This document shows, piece after piece, positions 10,954 to 19,091 of a DNA stretch of 32,000 bases. The DNA is from Geobacter metallireducens GS-15. GTDB lineage: Bacteria > Desulfobacterota > Desulfuromonadia > Geobacterales > Geobacteraceae. Where the stretch lies: NCBI RefSeq assembly GCF_000012925.1, contig NC_007517.1:450001-482000 (forward strand). The letters run 5' to 3'. Each line of letters opens with the position of its first letter. The first letter of the stretch is position 1. Made by a program: the position numbers and the translations under genes. The notes beneath the pieces are model-generated. The model did not search any database. It saw only the letters and a program-made list of their open reading frames with translations, and was not told where the DNA came from.

Positions 10954-12189
10954 ATGTCGGCACGAAGGGATAACCTGATCGTCGGGCTCGATATCGGCAC
11001 AACCAAGATTTGTGCCATCGTCGGCAACGTCACGGAGGACGGCATCGACATCGTTGGGATCGGCAGCAGCCCGTCGCGGGGGATGCGTAAGGGTGTCGTG
11101 ATCAATATTGAGAGCACGGTCGAGTCCATCAAGAAGGCGGTCTCCGAGGCGGAACTCATGGCTGGCTGCGAGATCCGCTCCGTCTATGCGGGGATCGCCG
11201 GGGGCCACATCAAGGGATTCAATTCCCAGGGGGTGATCGCCATCAAGAACCGCGAGGTGACCTCCGAAGACGTGAAGCGGGTCATCGATGCGGCCAAGGC
11301 CATCGCCATACCCATGGACCGGGAGGTGATCCACATCCTTCCCCAGGAATTCATCATCGATGACCAGGATGGCATCCGCGAGCCCCTCGGCATGAGCGGG
11401 GTGCGGCTCGAAGCCAAGGTCCACATCGTCACCGGCGCCGTGGCCAGCGCCCAGAACATTGTGAAGGCGTGCAACCGGGCCGGCCTCGACGTGGCCGACA
11501 TCGTCCTGGAGCAACTGGCCTCCTCCGAGGCGGTCCTGTCGGCCGACGAGAAGGAGCTGGGGGTGGCGCTGGTCGACATCGGCGGCGGCACCACCGACAT
11601 CGCCATCTTCGTGGACGGCGCCATCAAGCACACCTCGGTCCTCTCCCTGGGGGGGAACCACCTGACCAACGACATCGCCGTTGGGCTCCGGACCCCCATG
11701 GCCGAGGCGGAGAAGATCAAGCAGAAGTACGGCTGCTGCATGGCATCTCTCGTGGGGAAGGAAGAAACCATCGAGGTGCCGAGCGTGGGGGGGCGCAAGC
11801 CGCGGGTTCTCTCCCGGCAGCTTCTGGCCGAGATCCTGGAGCCGCGGGTGGAGGAGATCTTCACCCTGGTCAACCGCGAGATCATGAAATCGGGCTTCGA
11901 GGACCTCATCGCTTCCGGCGTGGTCATCACCGGCGGCACCACCATCCTGGAGGGAATGCCGGAACTGGCCGAGCAGGTCTTCAACCTGCCGGTGCGTCGC
12001 GGCATGCCGCAGCAGATCGGCGGCCTCGTTGACGTGGTCAACTCGCCGGTCTACGCAACAGGGGTCGGGCTTGTGGTCTACGGGAGCAAGAACGTCGGCA
12101 TCCGTGAGTTCCCCACGGCCCAGACTGACGAGAACCTCTTCCGGCGGGTCTCCCGGCGGATGAAGGAGTGGTTCGGAGAGTTTTTCTAG
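10954..12189 (+). CDS. ftsA: cell division protein FtsA (actin-like ATPase)
   Basis: LIVGLDIGTTKICAIVG phosphate-1 motif, VDIGGGTTDIAIF, and a C-terminal amphipathic tail (MKEWFGEFF). A strong GGGGGAGGGGG RBS lies upstream. Confidence 0.95.
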   Translation: MSARRDNLIVGLDIGTTKICAIVGNVTEDGIDIVGIGSSPSRGMRKGVVINIESTVESIKKAVSEAELMAGCEIRSVYAGIAGGHIKGFNSQGVIAIKNREVTSEDVKRVIDAAKAIAIPMDREVIHILPQEFIIDDQDGIREPLGMSGVRLEAKVHIVTGAVASAQNIVKACNRAGLDVADIVLEQLASSEAVLSADEKELGVALVDIGGGTTDIAIFVDGAIKHTSVLSLGGNHLTNDIAVGLRTPMAEAEKIKQKYGCCMASLVGKEETIEVPSVGGRKPRVLSRQLLAEILEPRVEEIFTLVNREIMKSGFEDLIASGVVITGGTTILEGMPELAEQVFNLPVRRGMPQQIGGLVDVVNSPVYATGVGLVVYGSKNVGIREFPTAQTDENLFRRVSRRMKEWFGEFF

Positions 12190-12199
12190 TAACCGGAGC

Positions 12200-12235
12200 G
12201 TATTGTTCGCATTCATGTATTGTTCTGTATTGCAA
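12200..12235 (+). promoter_or_regulatory. Three closely spaced GTATTG(TTC/CAA) direct repeats in the ftsA-ftsZ spacer
   Basis: GTATTGTTC at 12200-12208 and 12217-12225, and GTATTGCAA at 12227-12235. This is an AT-rich island in a GC-rich cluster, 40-75 nt upstream of the ftsZ ATG. Its function is not established. Confidence 0.3.
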
Positions 12236-12276
12236 TGACAACCAAACACATCATGAAAGGAAAAAGGGGGTAGGGT

Positions 12277-13431
12277 ATGTTCGAATTCGACGAAAGCATC
12301 GATCAGTGTGCCAAGATCAAGGTCATCGGCGTCGGCGGCAGCGGGGGGAATGCGGTCAACACCATGATCGAGAGCCAGGTCGGCGGGGTTGACTTCGCCG
12401 TGGCCAACACCGACGTGCAGGCCCTGCGCATCTCCAAGGCGCCCATCAAGATCCAGATCGGACGGCAGCTCACCAAGGGACTCGGGGCCGGGGCCGATCC
12501 GTGCCGGGGGCGCGAGGCGGCCCTGGAGGACCGGGAGCAGCTGGCCGAAACCCTCAAGGGTGCGGACATGATCTTTATCGCCGCCGGCATGGGGGGCGGC
12601 ACCGGCACCGGCGCGGCACCCATCATCGCCGAAGTGGCCAAGGAAGCGGGCGCCCTCACCGTCGGCGTGGTCACCAAACCCTTTTCCCGGGAGGGGAAGC
12701 AGCGCCTTGCCAAGGCCGATGACGGCATCAAGGAGCTGAAGAAGCACGTGGACTCCCTCATCGTCATCCCCAACGACCGGCTCATCGGGCTGGCCGGCAA
12801 GTCCATGTCGATCCTCGACGCCTTCAAGCCCTCCGATGACGTGCTCCGCCAGGCGGTCCAGGGTATTTCCGATCTCATCACCACGAGCGGCTTCATCAAC
12901 GTGGACTTCGCCGACGTGAAGGCCATCATGAGCGAGCGCGGCATGGCCATGATGGGGATCGGCATCGCCGCCGGCGAGAACCGGGCGGTGGAAGCTGCCC
13001 TGCGCGCCATCTCCAGCCCGCTCCTGGAGGACGTGGACATCTCCGGCGCCAAGGGGGTTCTGGTGAACATCTCCGGTTCCGCCTCCATGACCATGGACGA
13101 GTTCGAGGCGGTGAACCGGACCATCCACGAGAAGGTCCACGAGGACGCCAACATCATCATCGGCGTCACCATCGACGAGACCCTGGGGGATCAGCTCAAG
13201 GTGACCGCCATCGCCACCGGGTTCGGCGACCGCTTCGATGTGGAGAAGCAGCGCCAGGAGCTGAAGACCGTCACCCCCCTCGGCGGCCGCCAGGAAGTGA
13301 ACCGGGAGATTCCCACCTTTATCCGGGAAAAGCAGCAGCGGGAACCCTCCTACAACCGGCAGAAGGGGTTCTTCTCCGATGAGGAGGACCAGTACGACAT
13401 TCCGACGTTCCTGAGGAAGTCGGTCGATTAG
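12277..13431 (+). CDS. ftsZ: cell division GTPase FtsZ
   Basis: Tubulin signature GGGTGTGAAPIIA, NTDVQAL, and the conserved C-terminal peptide DIPTFLRK. RBS AAGGGGGTAGGG. Confidence 0.97.
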   Translation: MFEFDESIDQCAKIKVIGVGGSGGNAVNTMIESQVGGVDFAVANTDVQALRISKAPIKIQIGRQLTKGLGAGADPCRGREAALEDREQLAETLKGADMIFIAAGMGGGTGTGAAPIIAEVAKEAGALTVGVVTKPFSREGKQRLAKADDGIKELKKHVDSLIVIPNDRLIGLAGKSMSILDAFKPSDDVLRQAVQGISDLITTSGFINVDFADVKAIMSERGMAMMGIGIAAGENRAVEAALRAISSPLLEDVDISGAKGVLVNISGSASMTMDEFEAVNRTIHEKVHEDANIIIGVTIDETLGDQLKVTAIATGFGDRFDVEKQRQELKTVTPLGGRQEVNREIPTFIREKQQREPSYNRQKGFFSDEEDQYDIPTFLRKSVD

Positions 13432-13518
13432 TTGAATGCGGGGCGTGCCGTGGAGCCCGTAGCCCTGCGGCGCGCCCTTTCCCCCTTCGTTTCAGTCATT
13501 GCTTTCAATTTCAATTTC

Positions 13519-13561
13519 CCGGCTCCCCACTTACCCCCTCCAGGGGGGCCGGGCCTTTTTT
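13519..13561 (+). terminator. Candidate rho-independent terminator after ftsZ
   Basis: CCGGCTCCCC (13519-13528) pairs with GGGGGGCCGG (13543-13552; one G.U pair). A T6 run follows at 13556-13561. Confidence 0.5.
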
Positions 13562-13601
13562 CTCCTTTCTGAAACCTCCTTCCCCGTGGTACCTTTTGAC
13601 A

Positions 13602-15275
13602 ATGTCGTGGAAAATCATTGAAAAATACCGCCGTATCCTTGCCCAGGAAGAGGGGAATTCACCCAAGCGGCGTGGCGGGAAACTGACCGTCTGCCTCGTC
13701 TATCCCAACCGCTATGGCGTGGCCATGAGCAACCTCGGCTTCCAGGCGGTCCATGCGCTGCTGAACGCCGAGTCCGACATCCTCTGTGAACGGGCTTTCC
13801 TCCCCGACCCGGACGATCTGCGGGAATACCGCCGCAGCGGCGCCCGGCTCCTCTCCCTGGAGTCCCAGGAACCACTTTCCTCCTTCGATATTATTGCTTT
13901 TTCGGTTTCTTTCGAGAGCGACTACCTGAACATCCCCGTCATCTTCGACCTGGCCGGGATCCCGGCCCTGGCGGCTGAACGGACAGGGTCCCATCCCCTC
14001 GTCATGGGGGGCGGGGCGGCCCTCTTTCTGAATCCGGAGCCGGTGGCTGATTTCCTGGATCTCATTGTCGTGGGGGAGGGGGAGGCGATTCTGCCGACGT
14101 TTCTGGACCACATTCGCGCCGACGGGATTGGGGACCGCGCAATGTTTCTTGCAGGAGTCGCGGGGCTTCCCGGTATCTACGTGCCGTCTCTCTACGCGAC
14201 GGAGTATGACGGCGCCCGCCTGGTGTCGCGGGAGGCGAAGGACGGGGCGCCGGAGCAGGTGAAGCGTATCTGGATGGCCGAGCCCGACGGGCGGGCCACG
14301 GTGTCCGAGATTTTGACGCCCGGCACCGAGTTCTCCGACATGTATCTGGTTGAGGTCTCCCGGGGGTGCGGGCGGGGGTGCCGCTTCTGTGCCGCCGGCT
14401 TCATCTACCATCCCTACCGGCAGCGCTCCCTCGACGCGGTGAAGGCCGCCGTTGCCGAAGGACTCAGCCACCGGCGCAAGATCGGGCTCGTGGGGGCGGC
14501 GGTCTCGGATTTTCGGGAGATCGGTGAACTCTGCCGGCACATCCTGGCGGAGGGGGGAACGGTGTCGGTGTCGTCGCTGCGAATCGACCGCCTCGACGAG
14601 GGGATGATCGAGGTGCTCAAGGCGAGCGGCCACAAGACCGTGGCCCTGGCCCCCGAGGGGGGGAGCCAGCGGATACGGGACCTCATCAACAAGAACCTGA
14701 CCGAGGAGCAGATTCTGGCCGCCTGCGATCTCCTCATCGGCCATGATATCCTGAACCTGAAGCTCTACTTCATCATCGGCCTCCCCACCGAGACCATGGA
14801 CGATCTGGAGGAGATGGCCCTCCTCGTGGAGAAGATCCGCAAGCGGGTCATTGCCGCGGCGCGGAAAAACAAGCGGCTCGGTGAGATCATCCTCTCCGTG
14901 AACCCCTTTGTCCCCAAGCCGTTCACACCGTTCCAGTGGTGCGGCATGGAAGATACCCCCTCCCTGGAGAAAAAGCTCAAGTACCTCCAGCAGACGGTGG
15001 GGAGGCTGTCAAACGTCCGGCTCATTGCCGAGAGCCCCAAGGATGCCTGGCTCCAGGCCCTCCTCTCCCGAGGGGACCGGCGGCTCTCGGGGTTCCTCCT
15101 CCGCGCCGCGGAACTGGGGAACTGGAAGCGGGCGGCCCGGGAATTTCCCGTCGACACCGACTTCCTGGTCCACCGGACCATCCCCCTCGACGAGATGCTG
15201 CCGTGGGATGTCATAGCCAGCGCCGACGCCGAGCGGCTCAGGCGGGAGTATCTGAAGGCGACCCCTCCCCGGTGA
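13602..15275 (+). CDS. radical SAM protein with an N-terminal B12-binding-like domain (resembles the uncharacterised TIGR03960-type family)
   Basis: CxxxCxxC cluster VSRGCGRGCRFCAAGF. The N-terminus YPNRYGVAMSNLGFQAVHALLN resembles the FPD.YE.GMS.LG..ILY motif of that family (from memory). ATG 13602 is preferred over TTG 13596; neither has a good SD. Confidence 0.8.
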   Translation: MSWKIIEKYRRILAQEEGNSPKRRGGKLTVCLVYPNRYGVAMSNLGFQAVHALLNAESDILCERAFLPDPDDLREYRRSGARLLSLESQEPLSSFDIIAFSVSFESDYLNIPVIFDLAGIPALAAERTGSHPLVMGGGAALFLNPEPVADFLDLIVVGEGEAILPTFLDHIRADGIGDRAMFLAGVAGLPGIYVPSLYATEYDGARLVSREAKDGAPEQVKRIWMAEPDGRATVSEILTPGTEFSDMYLVEVSRGCGRGCRFCAAGFIYHPYRQRSLDAVKAAVAEGLSHRRKIGLVGAAVSDFREIGELCRHILAEGGTVSVSSLRIDRLDEGMIEVLKASGHKTVALAPEGGSQRIRDLINKNLTEEQILAACDLLIGHDILNLKLYFIIGLPTETMDDLEEMALLVEKIRKRVIAAARKNKRLGEIILSVNPFVPKPFTPFQWCGMEDTPSLEKKLKYLQQTVGRLSNVRLIAESPKDAWLQALLSRGDRRLSGFLLRAAELGNWKRAAREFPVDTDFLVHRTIPLDEMLPWDVIASADAERLRREYLKATPPR

Positions 15276-15280
15276 GACCG

Positions 15281-17473
15281 CTATCGTCTTCCGATTCTCT
15301 CCAGCCAAGGGAGATGGAGATCGCCGGGCGATGAATGGCGGCGTTCCTCCTGGCGGGTCTTTTGTCCCGAGCTGAGCCGTGAATAGACGCCGAGCGCCCA
15401 CAGGGGAAAGTAGTGGCGGTACCCGTGGTAGCGCAGGTAAAAGACCCTCGGGAATCCGGTACCGGTAAAATGTTTCTCCTCCCAGGTTCCCCATTGATTC
15501 TGGTGGTCGAGCAGGTAGCGCACGCCACGCCGGACGGCCAGGCTGTGAACATCTCCGGCGGCCATGAGCCCCAGGAGACTCCAGGCCGTCTGAGACGGGG
15601 TGCTCTCCCCTTGGCCGGCCAGCGAAGGATCGTCGTAGGAATAGCAGGTTTCTCCCCATCCCCCGTCGTGGTTCTGGCATGACGTCAACCATCCCACTGC
15701 CCTGCGGATATAGGGCTGCTGCATATCTTCCCCTGCCTGTCTGAGGCCGGACAGCACCGACCACGTACCGTAGATGTAGTTTACCCCCCATCGGCCGAAC
15801 CAGGCGCCGCTCCCTTCCTGCTTCGAGCGCAGGAAACCGATCCCCTGCGCGATGGGGGGAAACGTCCTGTCGAAACCGACCATGGAGAGAAGCTCGATGC
15901 AGCGTCCCGTCAGGTCCGAGGTGCTCGGGTCGAGGAGCGCCCCGTGGTCGGCGAACGGGATATCATTCAGGTAGTGGTAGTTGTTGTCGATGTCGAAGGC
16001 TGCCCACCCTCCGTCACTGCTCTGCATCCCGAGTACCCAATTCACGCCGCGGGCCACCCGGTCGCGGTAGAGCCCATTCTCCAGCGCTCCGGCACGGAGA
16101 AGCGACATGATGACTTTCGAGGTGTCGTCCAGGTCGGGATAGAGGGTGTTTTCGAACTGGAAAGCCCATCCGCCCCCCTCCAGATCAGGAGCCTTCAACG
16201 ACCAGTCTCCTGGTGAGAAAATCTGCTGGGATAACAGCCATTCAACGGCCTGTTTCGCTGCGGGGTGGCTCGCCGGCATGCCTGCTTCCATGAGCGCCGA
16301 AAGGCTTAGGCAGGTGTCCCAGATCGGGGAATTGCATGGCTGGCAGATGCTGCTGTTCCCTCTGCCGTCCGCTGCCGCGTGGGGAGAGGGATCGAAGGCA
16401 AAAGCCGCCGACGTGCCGCTGTCGATGCACGGTCCGCCCGTGCGGGGAGAATCAGCTTCCTGGGGAGTGCGATGCTGGAGGAGGTCGTCGATGGCCTGCA
16501 TCCCCCGTACATAGTCGGGGTCGTCTTCCCTGCATCCGAGCACGCGGAGGGCCATGACCGCATAGGCCATGGCCGGGAAAATGGCGCCGATCCCGCCGCT
16601 TCCCTGCATGCGGGATCTTGTCCAGTGCTCTGCTTCGGCCATGGCCTTCCGATGAATGGCGGAAGGGATGAAACGGTTGAAACGCTTGAGCAGGCGGTCA
16701 ATGATGATGAAGGCGTTTTTCCGCCAGCGCCCCGACTGAAAGCCATCAAGGTTGCGCAGCTTGTCGGGCGGTGTGTTGAACAGTTCGGGAATTCCCTCCT
16801 CGGGCCGCAACCGGCAGACGGGTTGCTTGGCGTAGAGCAGCAGCATGGGGACGATGACGGTTCTCGACCAGTAGGAGACTTTGCTCAAATGAAAGAAAAA
16901 CCGCTGTGGCAGAAGGACGATCTCCACGGGCATTGCCGGTGGGGTATGCCAGGGGAGCTGGCCGAACAGGGCCAGAAGGATACGCGTGAACACATTGCAC
17001 CTGGCCGCGCCGCCGAGGCTGAGGACCATGATGCGCGCGCGTATCATGTGGGGTGCCTGGGGTGAGTGCCCCAGCACCTTGAGGGCGAGATAGGCCTTGA
17101 CCGTGGCGCTGATATTGGCGAATCCGTCCACGGCGTAGAGGGGCCAGCCGCCGTCGGGCAATTGCCTGTCCAGGAGGTAATTCTCCAGCCGCATCCTCAG
17201 TTCCGGAGAAATCTCCCTGCCGAGAAACCGCTGAAGCATGATGTACTCCGACGGTATTGTGACGTCCGCCTCCAGTTCAAAGACCCAGTACCCCTCTGGA
17301 TTCTGAAGCGCCAGCAGATACTCCTCCGCCATTTTGACGGCCTGACGACAGTGGACGGCCTTTCCCGAGACCTCTTTTATGGGTGCGACGACGGTGCATT
17401 CTTCCTCGGCCGTCAGTCCGGCGTTCTTGTTGCCGGCGATCACGGCAAACTTGTTGAGAATTCCCTTTGCCAT
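15281..17473 (-). CDS. shc: squalene-hopene cyclase
   Basis: Catalytic DxDDT (YPDLDDTSKV), SPIWDT, and repeated QW motifs (QNPEGYW, RQLPDGGW, MQSSDGGW, CQNHDGGW). ATG 17473 has a GGAAAGGA RBS. The ORF-track start 17548 would overlap the upstream TetR gene. Confidence 0.92.
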   Translation of the reverse strand: MAKGILNKFAVIAGNKNAGLTAEEECTVVAPIKEVSGKAVHCRQAVKMAEEYLLALQNPEGYWVFELEADVTIPSEYIMLQRFLGREISPELRMRLENYLLDRQLPDGGWPLYAVDGFANISATVKAYLALKVLGHSPQAPHMIRARIMVLSLGGAARCNVFTRILLALFGQLPWHTPPAMPVEIVLLPQRFFFHLSKVSYWSRTVIVPMLLLYAKQPVCRLRPEEGIPELFNTPPDKLRNLDGFQSGRWRKNAFIIIDRLLKRFNRFIPSAIHRKAMAEAEHWTRSRMQGSGGIGAIFPAMAYAVMALRVLGCREDDPDYVRGMQAIDDLLQHRTPQEADSPRTGGPCIDSGTSAAFAFDPSPHAAADGRGNSSICQPCNSPIWDTCLSLSALMEAGMPASHPAAKQAVEWLLSQQIFSPGDWSLKAPDLEGGGWAFQFENTLYPDLDDTSKVIMSLLRAGALENGLYRDRVARGVNWVLGMQSSDGGWAAFDIDNNYHYLNDIPFADHGALLDPSTSDLTGRCIELLSMVGFDRTFPPIAQGIGFLRSKQEGSGAWFGRWGVNYIYGTWSVLSGLRQAGEDMQQPYIRRAVGWLTSCQNHDGGWGETCYSYDDPSLAGQGESTPSQTAWSLLGLMAAGDVHSLAVRRGVRYLLDHQNQWGTWEEKHFTGTGFPRVFYLRYHGYRHYFPLWALGVYSRLSSGQKTRQEERRHSSPGDLHLPWLERIGRR

Positions 17474-17502
17474 TCGTGCATCCTTTCCCTTGAGTGGCGA
17501 AA

Positions 17503-17533
17503 TGTTAACTGTGGTATTTTTAGTTAACAGTGT
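17503..17533. promoter_or_regulatory. Candidate TetR operator half-sites upstream of shc (TGTTAAC...GTTAACAGTGT)
   Basis: TGTTAA at 17503-17508 and TTAACAGTGT at 17524-17533. The 10-mer TTAACAGTGT is identical to the one in the palindrome upstream of the tetR gene (18173-18182). Confidence 0.35.
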
Positions 17534-18167
17534 AAATATTTGTGCCAAAAAAATTTTTCACGCTGAAACCGGCGAGCAGCCCGTCCACCAGCGTCTCTGC
17601 CTGGAGGACGGCGTCCACCATGGGGAAATCGGCGGAGTAAATTCGCGATGTCACGACTCCGTGGGCCGCGACCCATACTGTCTGCGCGAGGAGGTCCGCG
17701 TCCATGGGGCGAAGCATGCCGGCCGCCATGGTCTCTTCTACGGTCCGGAGGATATGAAAGTAGGTGCGCCGTCCCATGCTGTCCTTTTGCAGGAATTCCG
17801 TGGGCGACCCATAGACGACGGGACTCGTGAAAAAGGCGACCTTGTAGTGGCCGGGATTCGCCAGCCCGAACTCGATATACCTCAGGAGGCAAAGACGCAA
17901 CACCTGCCGCGGGTCGTTCTCTCCCCGCGAGATGTCCTGGTAGCTCTGGAACAGCTTGGCGAAAAGCTCTTCGCAGAGAGAATAGAGGAGATCATCCTTG
18001 TCGCGGAAATAGAGGTAGATGGTTGTGGGAGAGTGCTCGATTTTGGCCGCAAGCTTACGCATGGAGAACCGCTCGTACCCGATCTGGGAGAAAAGCTCCC
18101 TGGATGCGTCGAGAATCTCCTGGCGGAACTGCGCCTTGTGTTTTTGTCTGCGTTCGCGCAATGTCAT
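17520..18167 (-). CDS. TetR/AcrR-family transcriptional regulator
   Basis: N-terminal TetR HTH (ILDASRELFSQIGYERFSMRKLAAKIEHSPTTIYLYFRDKDDLL), and the length (215 aa) is typical. Confidence 0.88.
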   Translation of the reverse strand: MTLRERRQKHKAQFRQEILDASRELFSQIGYERFSMRKLAAKIEHSPTTIYLYFRDKDDLLYSLCEELFAKLFQSYQDISRGENDPRQVLRLCLLRYIEFGLANPGHYKVAFFTSPVVYGSPTEFLQKDSMGRRTYFHILRTVEETMAAGMLRPMDADLLAQTVWVAAHGVVTSRIYSADFPMVDAVLQAETLVDGLLAGFSVKNFFGTNIYTVN

Positions 18168-18172
18168 AATGC

Positions 18173-18185
18173 TTAACAGTGTTAA
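18173..18185. promoter_or_regulatory. Perfect 6-1-6 palindrome TTAACA-G-TGTTAA directly upstream of the tetR start codon (candidate autoregulatory operator)
   Basis: Read directly. It lies between a TTGACA -35 box (18223-18228 on the - strand) with a 17-nt spacer to TAATCT (18200-18205), and the tetR ATG at 18167. Confidence 0.45.
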
Positions 18186-18308
18186 CTGAATTTTTTCACA
18201 GATTAGTGAATCGGGATCATGCTGTCAAGCCTTGATTGGAAGGCGGGGAGCGGCGGAGGCTGCGCGGCCCTGGCAAACGTGTCGTCTGGCCCTTGGCGGG
18301 TAGGAGCC

Positions 18309-19034
18309 TTATTCCCGCACCTCCAGCCTGTTCACCACCCGGTCGACCCCGAAGACGTACCACGCATCGGCCTCGGCCATCTCTTTCTCTTTCGGTTTGG
18401 GCACCACCCCCTCCAGGGTGACGACGCAGTCGCGGCAGCTTACCCGGATCTGGGATGCGTTGACGAAGGGATCCTTCTCCAGGACAAGACGGACAGCGTC
18501 GATTACCTCGTCGCCGTTGTCCTCTTCGGGTGGAGAGACCTCCAGCCCATTCACCACGTCGCGGCTTCCCGGCACCCACCACGCCAGGACCCCGGCCAGG
18601 CGCTTGTGGGAGAGGCTGCCGACGGTGCCGTTCAGGGTGACAATGCCATCGGCCACCTCCACCTCCATGACCCCGGTCGGCTCCCGCGGGGCACTGCGCA
18701 CCGTCTCCCAGGCGCCGAAGGAAAAGGCGCGGATGGCGTAGTCGGCGAAGGCCGGCTCCTGGACGAAGGCGTCGCAGACGTGGTTGCGGATATCCTCGTC
18801 CTCCATGGCCTCGGCAGGCTCCACCCGTAGCCGGTCCACGATCCCTGCCACGCCCGGCTCCGCGGCGGCCAGTTCCAGGGCGAGCTTTTTGGCCGCCACG
18901 CTCTCCGTCACCCCCTCAAGGGTCAATATCCCGTCGTCGATCTCCATCTGGAGGGGGTAGGCGTGGAGATTGATCCGGGGCTCCCGTTCAAAGGCGGCTT
19001 CTATTCGTCTCAGCATCCCTTCGGTCGGTTTCAT
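18309..19034 (-). CDS. BON (OsmY-like) domain protein, about three BON repeats, no signal peptide seen
   Basis: Three repeats of the pattern ...V.V.DG.VTL.G.V.S...K..A...A..V.GV..V.N.L.V (for example DGILTLEGVTES, DGIVTLNGTVGS, DCVVTLEGVVPK). AGGAGGT RBS 7 nt upstream of the ATG. Confidence 0.75.
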   Translation of the reverse strand: MKPTEGMLRRIEAAFEREPRINLHAYPLQMEIDDGILTLEGVTESVAAKKLALELAAAEPGVAGIVDRLRVEPAEAMEDEDIRNHVCDAFVQEPAFADYAIRAFSFGAWETVRSAPREPTGVMEVEVADGIVTLNGTVGSLSHKRLAGVLAWWVPGSRDVVNGLEVSPPEEDNGDEVIDAVRLVLEKDPFVNASQIRVSCRDCVVTLEGVVPKPKEKEMAEADAWYVFGVDRVVNRLEVRE

Positions 19035-19091
19035 GGGGCGTTACCTCCTGTGCGGCCATTACCCGCATCCTTCGTGTTTTTGTTTCCCTAC

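Noticed and set aside
10858-13140. 760-aa ORF on the - strand opposite ftsA/ftsZ. Similar cases are 6380-8224 (- strand, 614 aa, opposite murC), 26999-28237 and 27975-28928 (- strand, opposite flgF/flgG), and 13659-14744 (- strand).
   Set aside because: These are typical antisense shadow ORFs of high-GC coding DNA. Their translations are low-complexity (G/D/H/P/R-rich) with no recognisable motifs, while the + strand genes they overlap have unambiguous conserved signatures.
13441-13480. First stem-loop after ftsZ (GGGCGTGCC ... GGCGCGCCC followed by TTT)
   Set aside because: The stem is plausible, but the T-run is only 3 nt. The downstream hairpin at 13519-13561 with T6 is the better terminator candidate.
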